This document shows positions 30,255 through 40,819 of a DNA stretch of 64,000 nucleotides, piece by piece. The position numbers were made by a program, and so were the translations under genes. Source of the stretch: Candidatus Latescibacterota bacterium (GTDB taxonomy: Bacteria > Latescibacterota > UBA2968); the NCBI GenBank assembly GCA_965222605.1, contig OZ244960.1:3744001-3808000 (forward strand). The letters are read 5' to 3'. Position 1 is the first letter of the stretch. Each line of letters starts with the position of its first letter. The notes beneath the pieces were generated by a model. That model saw only the letters and a list, made by a program, of their open reading frames with translations, did no database searches and was not told the origin of the DNA.

Positions 30255-31445
30255 ATGGACAAACTCAAAGTTGGCATTCTGGGTCTCGGTCGCGGTTTTA
30301 CGCATTTCAGAAATTTTCTCGCTCTTGAAGAGGCAGAGGTTATCGGTGCTTGCGACCGCTTTCCGCGTTTGAGAGAACGCGCCGAGCAACATTTAATATC
30401 GGTTGGTGCATCGGCTCCGATTTTGCCTGAATTTGACGATTTGCTCGATCTCAAACCCGATGCTATTGTGGTTGCGACGAATGGCAAATTGCAGGTCGAA
30501 CACGGCTGTGAGGCCATGCGTGCGGGTTGTCATGTGCTTTCCGAAGTTCCCGGTGCTTATACGCAAGAAGAGTGTATGAATTTGCGCCAAATCGTTGAAT
30601 ACACGGGCAAAACGTATATGCTGGGAGAAAATACTTGCTATTGGGATTTTTTTCGCTATTTCCGCAAGTGGGTTGCCGAAGATCGCTTTGGTCCCATTTC
30701 TATTGCCGAAGGTGAATATATTCACCATTTGCCGGCTACGCTTTTTCGCCCCGATAGTTCGCGTTATACACCGACTCGAGCGCGAGCTGCTGGTCATACT
30801 GATACGAGGCCGATCTGGCGCGCCGACCAACCTCCTATTCAATATCTGACACATGACCTGGGGCCATTGCTCGAAGTGCTTGATGACCGCTGTATTTCTG
30901 TTTCTTGCCGCAGCGCGCCATTCCGAAGTGCCGACGCGCCTTTGCGTTCCGACGGACAAATCGCGGTGTTCGAAACAGCGAAGGGTGCGCTTATCAAGAT
31001 TATGGTTACGCTGAATACGGCCCGGCCTTCTGAACATCGCTATCGCATCTTTGGCGTTGAGGGCGGTGCCGAATGGTTTAGCTATGAAAAACTCGCCCGT
31101 CGCTTTTCGCGGGGTGCGGATCATCGCAGTGGTTGGGAGGTTCTGCCTGTTGGCCTGGGAGCGCTTGGCGATGATACTTCTGCAGGGCACGGCGGTGCGG
31201 ACTTAAAACTCGCCCGCCATTTTACACAGTCTATTCTCGATGGCAAACCATCGCCGATTGATGTGTATCGCGCTATTGAATACTGCTTGCCGGGGATTCT
31301 GGCAAATAAATCTGCGGAGTTGGGCGGTGCGCCAGTTCCCATTCCGGATTTTCGCCTCACGCCATTTGAACACACAATTTTTTGGGATAGTTTGGGCCTT
31401 CCCGAACGCGATCCAGAGTCCCGGCCTTATCAGCCGCTTGAGTAG
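30255..31445 (+). CDS. Gfo/Idh/MocA family oxidoreductase
   Basis: KVGILGLGRG, HVLSEVP, AEGEYIH, YLTHDLG, GHGGAD. Confidence 0.88.
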   Translation: MDKLKVGILGLGRGFTHFRNFLALEEAEVIGACDRFPRLRERAEQHLISVGASAPILPEFDDLLDLKPDAIVVATNGKLQVEHGCEAMRAGCHVLSEVPGAYTQEECMNLRQIVEYTGKTYMLGENTCYWDFFRYFRKWVAEDRFGPISIAEGEYIHHLPATLFRPDSSRYTPTRARAAGHTDTRPIWRADQPPIQYLTHDLGPLLEVLDDRCISVSCRSAPFRSADAPLRSDGQIAVFETAKGALIKIMVTLNTARPSEHRYRIFGVEGGAEWFSYEKLARRFSRGADHRSGWEVLPVGLGALGDDTSAGHGGADLKLARHFTQSILDGKPSPIDVYRAIEYCLPGILANKSAELGGAPVPIPDFRLTPFEHTIFWDSLGLPERDPESRPYQPLE

Positions 31446-31468
31446 ATCGCGGTTAGAGTTGTATTGAC

Positions 31469-31504
31469 AAAAAAATCCGAATCGTTGCGATTCGGATTTT
31501 TTTT
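31469..31504. terminator. Bidirectional intrinsic terminator
   Basis: A-run, TCCGAATCG-TTG-CGATTCGGA, T-run, between convergent genes. Confidence 0.88.
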
Positions 31505-31526
31505 ATAGAGATGAAAAGGGTAAGTA

Positions 31527-34391
31527 TTAGAACCGAACATGCAAGCTGCTTGTAATCAGGCGTCCGATCCAGGGCGCACCGATAAGTGATTGATATTCCT
31601 GGTTTAGCAAATTGCTGGCATTCAAATTTAAGGAGGTGCTGAAGCGATCTTTTGAAAGAGGCAACTGATAAGTGATATTCAAATCCAAAACAGTATGAGC
31701 ATCTACATTGCCGACATATATACCCGATTGCATTGGAAAACCATCGCGGTAGCGCAATTTTCCTCGGAACGTGAGCGGTACATTGGGCAGTTGACAATCG
31801 ATACCGATATTAAATTTGTGCCTGGGGGCATTGAGGGCAATGTCGCCGATGTTGTCTAAGTTGGGGAATAAGTCCTCGCTGACATAGGAGTAATTGCCTG
31901 TAAAAGCCCATATTTCGTTTGGGTAATAAGCAAACGATAGATCGGCACCGTAGAGTGTGATGTTGCCAAAATTGCGAGGTGCGACCATTACTGCAGTGGG
32001 GTCTGCTGACTGTTCAGGCGATATGGTGCCAAAGGGAATCATCGCAGCGTTGGATACAAATAACTGCGTCAATTCATCTACTCCTGTCCCATTGCCATTG
32101 CCTACCAATCCAAACTCTGGCTCGTTGAGCTGATCTAAAAGAATAAGGGCAAGTGCGAGACTTGCATTGGCGGGGTCTTTCAATTTTTCGGTAATCCCGT
32201 CTGTTAAAGCCTCGGCTAAAGGTCCGGGGGCGAGAAATACGTTGGGCGTTTCAATTCGCAACGGGCTGACAAAATTTTTGATCCTGGTTTGATAGACATC
32301 TGCTGCCAGAATGAGTTTGTTTTTGACAATGCCTTTGTATCCCACTTCAACGGTTTCTGAGATGGTCGGTCCGATTTTTTTTATGTCTGTCACTGCGTTG
32401 GCGAGGTCGGAGATGGAATCGAAACCCTGCGTTTCTGTATTCAGTATTGCAGCTATATTTTGCAGATCCGGTAGTGTCTCTGGAATAATCCCGGGAAAGG
32501 TTTCGACGAGTTTTTCGACCATCGCAGCAGCTTGATCTTGTGGTAGGCCAAGCCCGTCTGCGAGAAGCTCTGTTGCGAGAGGTTCCAGTTCTGCCAATAG
32601 GCCGTTCAGTATTACCCCTCTGGCAACGTTCCACATCAAATTGGTGCCCTGCGGATCGTGCAGAGAGAAATAGTGATCATTTGGCAGACCCGCTGCGGGC
32701 GCAAATGGCGTCCGAAACATGGGTAGCCCATTGCCGTCTCTGCGAAATGTGAATCCGGTCTCGGCTGTGCCCTGGGCGCGAAGGTCAATTGCTGGACTAA
32801 ATGCCAACATCGGGCCGAAATTTGTCCCCAGCCCAAAGACATCGGGGACACCGATCCGGTCTAAAAACAAGTCAGTGGTTTCGGGTGTGCTAAATGCGCG
32901 GTTATAGGTCAATCTCAGGGCGTTGGCCTGCGTGGGTTTGATGACCAGTGCCGCGCGGGGTGAAAAAAATGGGTTTTCAATATGAGTGTGTTTGTCTATG
33001 CGTCCGGCTAATACCAAATCCATCTGATCGCTCAGGTTTGTTTCACTTTGCAGGTAGATCCCGTATTCATCGGTGTTATCATTTTCTTCATGCATGCCAC
33101 TTATTGTTCCACCTGTCTTGGGCCGGGTTAGCAGCACATCAGCACCATAAGCAAAGTGTTGTTTCTGTCCCAGGCTGGTATTGTGTTGCAATTGCATGAC
33201 TAGCAAATGTGAATTATCTACAATTAGATCGCCGGCTGTGATCAGTTCCGTATCACCCGCATTACTGGTGTTGTAGAAGATTTGTGCAAACCACCCGCGA
33301 TACAACAGGCGGCCTTGATAAAAATTATAGGTCCAGTCTTTGCCCTGGCCCACACCTAAATCCGTCTGTTGAAGACCGCTCATTTTTGAATGGCCCACCG
33401 TCCCTATAAGTGTCAATTCATCAGTTGGTCGGAAATCGAGCCTGAATTCCCCAGTTGTCCTTTCTGCGCTGTAATCTCGTGGATTTTTACCGCGTGCTGC
33501 CACTTCCAGGGAATCGACATATTCCCAGTCATGGGTTGCTGCATATCCACCCGAAATTTTGATCCCGATCTTGTTGTTGAGACTGCTGGCATGCCGCAGT
33601 GATAATTTTCGCACACTGCGCTGACCGCCAGATATAGAAATTGTATTGCCTTCTGATCCAAATGGTGAGCGGGTAATAATGTGCATCACGCCATTGGCGC
33701 TGTTGGGACCGTAAAGCGCGGATCCGGGTCCCAGAACGATTTCAATGCGCTCGATGTCGTCACTGGTAAGCGGGATTATATCATAAGCATTGAGGCGCAG
33801 CGATGGAATGCGGGCAATGCGATTGTCAACGAGTGTGAGCAATGCGCCGGAAAATACACTGTTGAATCCGCGAATCACCATGCTGCCTTGCGAAATGCCC
33901 GTTTGAGCATAGTCAACGCCGGGCAGGGTCTTGACATATTCACTCATTGTCAAGACTTCTCGATTTCTGATTTCAGTTGCATCGACCGTTGCTATCGAAG
34001 CAGGCGCGTCCAGGGCTTTTTCTTGTTTGCGCGATGCCGATACCACGACCTGTTGGCCAATGAGAGCTACGGCGGTCAGACTAAAATTTCGCGTCATACT
34101 TTCGCCAGCGCGGATTTCTACGCCGGATGCAACCATGGTTTCATATCCGATATAACTGATGGTGATTTCGTAAATGCCCGACGGCAAGCGGTCGATGCGA
34201 TAGATCCCCTGGTCATTGGTGATTGCTCCCCGGATGCCTTCAATGGCCGGTCCTTTGACTATGATATTAGCACCGAATAAGATTTCTCCGTCCTCGGTTT
34301 CTACTTTTCCAGTCAAGCTACCCATATTCTGAGCGGCAATCGAGTAAGCACTCCACAGTACGAAAACAAGGATATACAATACACGCATCAA
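31527..34391 (-). CDS. TonB-dependent receptor (paralog 2)
   Basis: Signal peptide, carboxypeptidase-regulatory-like domain, VVVSASR, IERIEIVLGPGSALYG, NLLN..Y, terminal F. Confidence 0.92.
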   Translation of the reverse strand: MMRVLYILVFVLWSAYSIAAQNMGSLTGKVETEDGEILFGANIIVKGPAIEGIRGAITNDQGIYRIDRLPSGIYEITISYIGYETMVASGVEIRAGESMTRNFSLTAVALIGQQVVVSASRKQEKALDAPASIATVDATEIRNREVLTMSEYVKTLPGVDYAQTGISQGSMVIRGFNSVFSGALLTLVDNRIARIPSLRLNAYDIIPLTSDDIERIEIVLGPGSALYGPNSANGVMHIITRSPFGSEGNTISISGGQRSVRKLSLRHASSLNNKIGIKISGGYAATHDWEYVDSLEVAARGKNPRDYSAERTTGEFRLDFRPTDELTLIGTVGHSKMSGLQQTDLGVGQGKDWTYNFYQGRLLYRGWFAQIFYNTSNAGDTELITAGDLIVDNSHLLVMQLQHNTSLGQKQHFAYGADVLLTRPKTGGTISGMHEENDNTDEYGIYLQSETNLSDQMDLVLAGRIDKHTHIENPFFSPRAALVIKPTQANALRLTYNRAFSTPETTDLFLDRIGVPDVFGLGTNFGPMLAFSPAIDLRAQGTAETGFTFRRDGNGLPMFRTPFAPAAGLPNDHYFSLHDPQGTNLMWNVARGVILNGLLAELEPLATELLADGLGLPQDQAAAMVEKLVETFPGIIPETLPDLQNIAAILNTETQGFDSISDLANAVTDIKKIGPTISETVEVGYKGIVKNKLILAADVYQTRIKNFVSPLRIETPNVFLAPGPLAEALTDGITEKLKDPANASLALALILLDQLNEPEFGLVGNGNGTGVDELTQLFVSNAAMIPFGTISPEQSADPTAVMVAPRNFGNITLYGADLSFAYYPNEIWAFTGNYSYVSEDLFPNLDNIGDIALNAPRHKFNIGIDCQLPNVPLTFRGKLRYRDGFPMQSGIYVGNVDAHTVLDLNITYQLPLSKDRFSTSLNLNASNLLNQEYQSLIGAPWIGRLITSSLHVRF

Positions 34392-34448
34392 ACCCTCCTT
34401 ATCGCAATGGTCCGGATTTTTCTTTATGGAGAAGGGACTGGGAAAGTA

Positions 34449-37307
34449 TTAGAACCGAATATTCAGGCCAGTTAAGACCAGGCGTCCAATAAATGGCGCA
34501 CCGATAAATGATCGATATTCCTGGTTTAACACGTTGCTGGCTTCCACATTCCATGTGGTCTTGAAGCGATCATTTGAAAGTGGCAACTGATATGCGAAAT
34601 TAAGGTCCAATACAGTATAAGCATCTACATCGCCGACATATATACCCGATTGCATTGGAAAACCACCGCGATAGCTCAATTTTCCACTAATCTTGAGTGG
34701 TGTATTGGGCAGTTGGCAATCGACACCGATGTTAAATTTGTGTCTGGGGGCATTGAGGGCAATGTCGCCGATGTTGTCTAAGTTGGGGAACCAGTCTTTG
34801 CTGACATAGGAGTAATTGCCGGTAAAAGTCCACATTTCGTTTGGATAATACGCAAACGATAGGTCAGCACCGTAGAGCGATATGCGACCAAAATTGCGAT
34901 ATGCGACCATCACCGCAGTGGGGTCTGATGCCTGTTCGGCAGATATGGTGCCAAAGGGGATCATCGCGGCGTTGGATACAAATAACTGCGTCAATTCATC
35001 TATGCCTGTGCCATTGCCATTGCCAACCAGGCCCAAATCCGGCAGGTTGAGCTGATCTAAAAGACCGATGGCAATTGCGAGACTTGCATTGGCAGGGTCT
35101 TTCAATTTCTCGGTAATTCCGTTTGCCAGAGCCTCGCTCAAAGGACCGGGTGCGAGAAATACACTGGGTGTTACAATCCGCAACGGGCTGGTGAAATTTC
35201 TTTTTTTGTTTAGATAGACATCGGCTGCCAGAATCAGTTTGTTATTGATGACGCTTTTGTATCCCACTTCAAAGGTTTCTGTGGTGGACGATCTGATTTT
35301 TTTTATGTCTGTCACTGCATTGGCGAGGTCGGGCACGGGATCAAAACTCCGCGTTGCTGTATTTAGTGTCCCGGCCGCATTTTGCAAGCCCGGCAGTTGT
35401 TCGGGAATAACCTTGGGGAAGTCCCCGACCAGTTGTGCGGCTACCGCAGCAGCTTGATCTTGTGGTAGCCCAAGCCGCTCTACGAAAAGCCCTGTTGCGA
35501 GAGGTTCCAGTTCCGCCAAAAGGATATTCATTATTACCGATCTGGCAACGCCCCACATCAAATTGGTGCCCTGGGGATCGTGCAGAGAGAAGTAGTGATC
35601 TTTTGACAAGCCCGCTATGGGCGCGAAGGGCGTCCGAAACAGGGGTAGCCCATTATCGCCTTGAGGAAATGTGAATCCGGTCTCGGCAGTGCCCTGTGCG
35701 CGAACGTCAATTGCTGGACTAAATCCCAATACCGATTGAAGTGCTCCCAGCCCAAAGGCATCGGGAACGCCGACCCGGTCTAAAAATAAGTTGGTGGTTG
35801 AGGGCGTGCTAAATGCGCGGTTATACGTCAATCGCAGGGTGTTGAGCGGCGAGGGTTTAATGACCAGTGCTGCGCGGGGTGAGAAAAACGGGTCTTCAAC
35901 ATGACTGTGCTTGTCAATGCGTCCGGCCAATACCAGATCGATTTGATCGCTCAGGCTGGTTTCACTTTGCAGGTAAAACCCGTATTCATCGATGTTATCA
36001 TTGTCTTCATGTATGCCACTTATTGTGCCCCCTGTCACGGGTCGGGTTCGCAGCACGTCAGCACCATAAGCAAAGTGTTGTTTCTGTCCCAGGCTGGCAT
36101 TGTGTTGCAATTGCAAGACCATCAAATGTGAATTATCTACAATTGGGTCGTCGGGTATGAGCAATCTCGTTTGACCTGCGTTACTGGCGTTGTAGAAGAC
36201 TTGTGCAAACCACCCGCGATACAGCAAGCGTCCTTGATAAAAATTATAGCTCCAGTCTTTTGCCTGGCCCGCGCCCAAACCCGTCAATTCAATGCTGCTT
36301 CTTTTTGTATAACCCGTTGATCCTATGATCGTCAGGTCATCTGTTGGTCGAAAATCGAGTCTGAGTTCCCCCATTGTCGTTTTTGAGTTGTAATCGCGTG
36401 GATTAAAACCGCGCGATTCCACTTCCAGAGGATCGATGTATTCCCAGTCATGGGCTGAACTATGCACACCCGAAACTTTGATCCCGATCTTGTTGTTGAG
36501 ACTGCTGGCGTGCCGCAGTGATAATTTTCGCACACTGCGCTCGCCGCCAGATATCGAAATTGTATTGCCTTCCGATCCAAATGGTGAGCGGGTGATAATG
36601 TGCATCACGCCATTGGCGCTGTTGGGACCGTAAAGCGCGGATCCGGGTCCCAGAACCACTTCAATGCGCTCAATGTCGTCACCGGTAAGGGGGATAAAAT
36701 CAAAGGCATTGAAACGCAGCGAGGGAATGCGGCCAATGCGGTTGTCAACGAGTGTGAGCAGTGCGCCAGAAAATACATTGTTAAATCCGCGAACCACCAC
36801 GTTGCTTTGTGAAATGCCTGTTTTAGAAAAGTCCACGCCTGGTAGGGCTTTGATATGCTCAGTCGGCGACAAGACTCCCCGATCTCTGATTTCAGATGCA
36901 TCGACCGTTGCTATCGAAGCAGGCGCGTCCAGGGCTTTTTCTTGTTTGCGCGATGCCGATACTACGACCTGTTGACCAATAAGGGCTACGGCGGTCAACT
37001 TGAAATCTCGCGTTATACTTTCGCCAGCGCGGATTTCTACGCCGGATGCAACCATGGTTTCATATCCGATATAACTGATGGTGATTTCGTAAATACCCGG
37101 CGGCAAGCGGTCGATGCGATAGATCCCCTGGTCATTGGTGATTGCGCCCCGTATGCCTTCAATGGCCGGTCCTTTGGCTATGACATTGGTCGCGAATAAT
37201 GCTTCTCCCGTCTCATCTTCCACTTTTCCAGTCAAGCTACCCATATCCTGAGCTACGACCGAGCAAGTACTCCACAGTAAGAGAAAAATTACACCCAATG
37301 CACGCAT
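34449..37307 (-). CDS. TonB-dependent receptor (paralog 1)
   Basis: Same architecture; highly similar to 31527-34391. Confidence 0.92.
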   Translation of the reverse strand: MRALGVIFLLLWSTCSVVAQDMGSLTGKVEDETGEALFATNVIAKGPAIEGIRGAITNDQGIYRIDRLPPGIYEITISYIGYETMVASGVEIRAGESITRDFKLTAVALIGQQVVVSASRKQEKALDAPASIATVDASEIRDRGVLSPTEHIKALPGVDFSKTGISQSNVVVRGFNNVFSGALLTLVDNRIGRIPSLRFNAFDFIPLTGDDIERIEVVLGPGSALYGPNSANGVMHIITRSPFGSEGNTISISGGERSVRKLSLRHASSLNNKIGIKVSGVHSSAHDWEYIDPLEVESRGFNPRDYNSKTTMGELRLDFRPTDDLTIIGSTGYTKRSSIELTGLGAGQAKDWSYNFYQGRLLYRGWFAQVFYNASNAGQTRLLIPDDPIVDNSHLMVLQLQHNASLGQKQHFAYGADVLRTRPVTGGTISGIHEDNDNIDEYGFYLQSETSLSDQIDLVLAGRIDKHSHVEDPFFSPRAALVIKPSPLNTLRLTYNRAFSTPSTTNLFLDRVGVPDAFGLGALQSVLGFSPAIDVRAQGTAETGFTFPQGDNGLPLFRTPFAPIAGLSKDHYFSLHDPQGTNLMWGVARSVIMNILLAELEPLATGLFVERLGLPQDQAAAVAAQLVGDFPKVIPEQLPGLQNAAGTLNTATRSFDPVPDLANAVTDIKKIRSSTTETFEVGYKSVINNKLILAADVYLNKKRNFTSPLRIVTPSVFLAPGPLSEALANGITEKLKDPANASLAIAIGLLDQLNLPDLGLVGNGNGTGIDELTQLFVSNAAMIPFGTISAEQASDPTAVMVAYRNFGRISLYGADLSFAYYPNEMWTFTGNYSYVSKDWFPNLDNIGDIALNAPRHKFNIGVDCQLPNTPLKISGKLSYRGGFPMQSGIYVGDVDAYTVLDLNFAYQLPLSNDRFKTTWNVEASNVLNQEYRSFIGAPFIGRLVLTGLNIRF

Positions 37308-37421
37308 AACGCCTCCTCAATATTTTTTTCAGCTTTTAATAGCTACCATAATTACTTTGAAATAATAGAGAAAATAAATACAAATGTCACGAACAAAAGC
37401 AGCGATCAGGAGCCATGCCTC

Positions 37422-37547
37422 TCACGACATAAAGACATATTTGAGAATAAAAATGATAGCCAGCACATCTATGAGCGGATGCACTTCAGAGCCTTTTTTG
37501 CTCAATCGCTTGATTATGGGATAGGCAATAAATCCGAGAGCCAGTCC
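37422..37547 (-). pseudogene. C-terminal remnant of an NCS2 (AzgA/PbuG-like) nucleobase permease
   Basis: Translates to GLALGFIAYPIIKRLSKKGSEVHPLIDVLAIIFILKYVFMS*; no upstream gene body. Confidence 0.65.
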
Positions 37548-37584
37548 ACGTGATTTTTTCTATTCTCATTTTTTTCTTTTTATA

Positions 37585-37630
37585 GGTGAGACGTTAAAGG
37601 CAGTGAGACGAAAGAGGTGAGACGTGAGAG
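37585..37630. repeat. Short GTGAGAC(G) repeats
   Basis: Three full copies plus one partial copy. Confidence 0.55.
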
Positions 37631-37810
37631 GGGGTAGGGTCGTCTTACCTTTTATGTTTTACGTCTTAGATGCGCTTTACATGATACTTGCGTCTGCTCT
37701 TAAATGCAATTAGATTGAAAACTATTGCGCGATAGGTTTGGGTATTTTGCCGAGCACGCCGACGTCAGCAGTTCAAGGGATGTGTCTCACACACACGCAG
37801 GGGAGTTGCC

Positions 37811-38581
37811 ATGACCGAAGATATTGGCCCTTTGCTGAACCACTGGCCGTATGACCCAAAAAACAGCATTCGCAAAATTTTCTCGTCCAAAGGCGTTGAA
37901 AAAATCCAGGTGCGCATAGATCAAGGTCCATTTCAAGGCATTCTACAGATGGAACTCGACGGGCGTCCCGATGGCCGCAGACCGCACAATAGCGCGTTTG
38001 TTCTGGATCATTTTACCGGTAGGCTACGTCGTTTTATTAAAGAACACGGTACATCCGATGGTTTTTCACTGAAAAAGGCGCACTGTCGTGAACTGTTTGA
38101 TGAGAGCCGACTGCTCTACGAGCGATATGTTTTTTTGCTCCAAATACGAGACTATGACCGCGTTATTCGCGATACACAGCGCAACATGGAGCTATTTCGT
38201 TTTGTCAACCAATACGCTGCCGCGGAAAATGACCGTCTCAATCTCGAAAAATGGTGGCCTTATGTTTTGCGAATCCACGCGATTGCGCGCGTGATGATTG
38301 CATCGCAAGAGAACGATTTTACGAAGGGCATCCAAATTATTCGAGATGTGCTCGATAAGATCGAAAATCTGGAAGAAGTAGATGCAGAAGAATTTGCCGT
38401 TGAAAAAAAACGCTCTGTTGAATCTCTGCACGAATTGCTCGACGAACTCGAGCAACAGCGCCCCCTCACGGAATCTGAACGCCTGAAGAAAGAATTGCTC
38501 GAAGCGATTGACAACGAAGAGTTTGAACGCGCTGCCGAGCTTCGAGATCGCATTAATATGATGGGTGAGAAGGATGGGTGA
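37811..38581 (+). CDS. Conserved protein with a C-terminal UVR (UvrB/UvrC) motif
   Basis: GILQMELDGRPDGRRP; C-terminal AIDNEEFERAAELRDRI. Confidence 0.8.
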   Translation: MTEDIGPLLNHWPYDPKNSIRKIFSSKGVEKIQVRIDQGPFQGILQMELDGRPDGRRPHNSAFVLDHFTGRLRRFIKEHGTSDGFSLKKAHCRELFDESRLLYERYVFLLQIRDYDRVIRDTQRNMELFRFVNQYAAAENDRLNLEKWWPYVLRIHAIARVMIASQENDFTKGIQIIRDVLDKIENLEEVDAEEFAVEKKRSVESLHELLDELEQQRPLTESERLKKELLEAIDNEEFERAAELRDRINMMGEKDG

Positions 38582-38662
38582 GAGGTGCGAGAAGCGAGTT
38601 TTCTTGACAGAACAGGACTAAGCCTGTATCTTTTTTTTCTCACTGAAAGAGAGCACAGAGTT

Positions 38663-38743
38663 ATGACACGTCAGATCACCACATCCCACATTGCAATTAC
38701 AACGGCTGTTGTAGGCCGTGTTGTAGTACTTGTACCTATGTGA
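38663..38743 (+). CDS. ilv leader peptide MTRQITTSHIAITTAVVGRVVVLVPM
   Basis: 26-aa ORF rich in Val/Ile/Thr/Leu codons directly upstream of the attenuator and ilvB. Confidence 0.85.
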   Translation: MTRQITTSHIAITTAVVGRVVVLVPM

Positions 38744-38812
38744 TGGTGGGATTATTGTATCGCAAAAACATCTTAATCCCGTCATCGCTACAATGCAATG
38801 GCGGTTTTTTTT
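38742..38812 (+). promoter_or_regulatory. Attenuator (antiterminator/terminator) of ilvB
   Basis: GATGGTGGGATTA pairs TAATCCCGTCATC, which overlaps terminator CCGTCATCGC/GCAATGGCGG-T8. Confidence 0.82.
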
Positions 38813-38866
38813 GTTTGACAAAGGACGCACGCGCAGGTGTGCTCCGATCTCAAGGAGATTTTTGCA

Positions 38867-40642
38867 ATGGCGAGCAAATCCCAGATTCCGGCATCCGGCA
38901 ATGGCACAACTACCTCTGGCGAAATGAGAGGTGCCGATATTCTGGTTGAATGTCTCATCCGCGAGGGGGTCGAAGTTCTCTTTGGCTATCCCGGAGGGGC
39001 CAGCATGGAAATGCACCAGTCCCTCACGCGCTCCAATATCCAGGTTGTGTTGTGCCGGCACGAACAGGGCGAAATTTTTGCGGCTGAGGGATATGCCAAA
39101 GCCTCGGGCAAAGTCGGCGTGTGTATGGCAACTTCTGGACCGGGTGCTACCAATTTGGTCACGGGGCTGGCAGATGCCAAAATGGACTCTGTGCCGCTTG
39201 TTGCCATTACGGGTCAGGTCTCTACTGCTGTTATTGGTCGCGATGCGTTTCAAGAGACCCCGATTATTGAAGTTACGCGGCAGATTACCAAGCACAATTA
39301 TCTCGTAGATCGCATTGAAGATATTCCCCGCGTTGTCAAAGAGGCGTTTTACGTTGCCTCTTCTGGGCGGCCCGGTCCTGTGCTGATTGATGTTCCCAAA
39401 AATGTGCAGCAAAGTGCTTGCGTGCCCGATTTTCCAGAGACGGTTTCCATTCGCAGCTATAACCCCAATCATATGCACGCCAGCCGCGCGCAAATTCAAG
39501 AGGTCGCCCAGGCGATTTTAGAATCCAAACGCCCGCTTATTTATGCCGGTGGGGGGATTGTGACTTCCGGAGCGTCGGAAGAACTCCGCGCGTTTGCCCG
39601 GAAAACACGCATCCCCGTGGCACAGACTCTGATGGGTCTGGGTGTTTTTCCGCAAACAGATCCCCAGTCTTTGCAAATGCTGGGTATGCACGGGTCGGTT
39701 TACGCCAATTACGCCATCAATCACGCCGACTTATTGCTGGCATTTGGGGTGCGTTTTGATGATCGGGTGACGGGTAAGCTCGAAGAGTTTTGCAAACACG
39801 GTCGCATTGTGCATATCGATATTGATCCTTCTGAGATTAATAAAAACAAGGTCGCCCATTTGCCGATTGTGAGCGATATTAAATATGCCCTACAAGAGCT
39901 AAACAGTGTTGTTGTACCGGGCGATTATCAGGCCTGGTGTGATGAGATTGAAACGTGGCGGGAGAAATATCCCTTCAATTACAAGGATGTGGAAGATGTT
40001 ATTTTGCCCCAGTATGCGATTGAGATGCTCTATAAGATGACGCAGGGTAAGGCCATTATATCCACAGGGGTGGGGCAACACCAGATGTGGGCGGCGCAAT
40101 TTTACCCTTTTGATGAGCCGCGCCGTTGGCTCACGTCGGGTGGTTTGGGGGCGATGGGTTTTGGTTTGCCCGCTGCGCTGGGGGCGCAGTTGGCTTTTCC
40201 CGATGCGCTGGTTATTGATATTGATGGCGATGGCAGTTTTGCGATGAATGTGCAGGAGTTGGCGACGCTTCATGCGGAGAAAATTCCCGTCAAGACTATG
40301 ATTCTCAACAATCAGCATTTGGGCATGGTGGTGCAATGGGAGGATCGTTTTTACAAGAGCAATCGCGGGCATACGTTTATTGGCGATCCGGAAGCAGCGC
40401 AGGCGCATGAAGATATGAGTATTCCGCCTGGTCATGCCATTTTTCCCGATTATGTGACGGTAGCAAAGGGTTTTCGCGTGCCTGCTGAACGGGCGGAACG
40501 CAAGGAGGATCTCGTGCCGGCTATTGATCGCATGATTTCTTCTAATGGTCCCTATTTGCTCGATGTGGTTGTGCCGTATCAAGAGCATGTGCTGCCCATG
40601 ATTCCTTCGGGTATGACGTTTGCCGATATTATTACGGAGTGA
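38867..40642 (+). CDS. ilvB: Acetolactate synthase large subunit, biosynthetic type
   Basis: [57 protein letters not shown]. Confidence 0.95.
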   Translation: MASKSQIPASGNGTTTSGEMRGADILVECLIREGVEVLFGYPGGASMEMHQSLTRSNIQVVLCRHEQGEIFAAEGYAKASGKVGVCMATSGPGATNLVTGLADAKMDSVPLVAITGQVSTAVIGRDAFQETPIIEVTRQITKHNYLVDRIEDIPRVVKEAFYVASSGRPGPVLIDVPKNVQQSACVPDFPETVSIRSYNPNHMHASRAQIQEVAQAILESKRPLIYAGGGIVTSGASEELRAFARKTRIPVAQTLMGLGVFPQTDPQSLQMLGMHGSVYANYAINHADLLLAFGVRFDDRVTGKLEEFCKHGRIVHIDIDPSEINKNKVAHLPIVSDIKYALQELNSVVVPGDYQAWCDEIETWREKYPFNYKDVEDVILPQYAIEMLYKMTQGKAIISTGVGQHQMWAAQFYPFDEPRRWLTSGGLGAMGFGLPAALGAQLAFPDALVIDIDGDGSFAMNVQELATLHAEKIPVKTMILNNQHLGMVVQWEDRFYKSNRGHTFIGDPEAAQAHEDMSIPPGHAIFPDYVTVAKGFRVPAERAERKEDLVPAIDRMISSNGPYLLDVVVPYQEHVLPMIPSGMTFADIITE

Positions 40643-40658
40643 GCATCTGTGTTGCCGG

Positions 40659-40693
40659 AAATGGACATTGCTCAAAGCGATGTCCATTTTTTT
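40659..40693 (+). terminator. Intrinsic terminator of ilvB
   Basis: AAATGGACATTGC-TCAAA-GCGATGTCCATTT followed by T-run. Confidence 0.85.
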
Positions 40694-40702
40694 ATTTTAT
40701 AG

Positions 40703-40731
40703 GGAACGCGAGTGCTGATCTCGTGGTCTAA
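40703..40731 (+). promoter_or_regulatory. Possible ECF-type (autoregulatory) promoter
   Basis: GGAAC-N18-GTCTAA upstream of the ECF gene. Confidence 0.45.
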
Positions 40732-40819
40732 TCCTGCGAAACGGATAGACGCACAGGCGCACGCGCAGCATGGCGTAGTCATACCCTACAACGGATGGCT
40801 GCTATAGGAAAAAGATAAC

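Noticed and set aside
31527-37307. Diversity-generating retroelement TR/VR pair (also considered for the repeats at 21143-22085)
   Set aside because: Differences do not appear adenine-specific, both copies are coding, and there is no reverse transcriptase in the window
37310-37600. Cobalamin or other riboswitch upstream of the TBDRs
   Set aside because: No B12-box or other recognisable aptamer; part of the region is explained by a permease remnant
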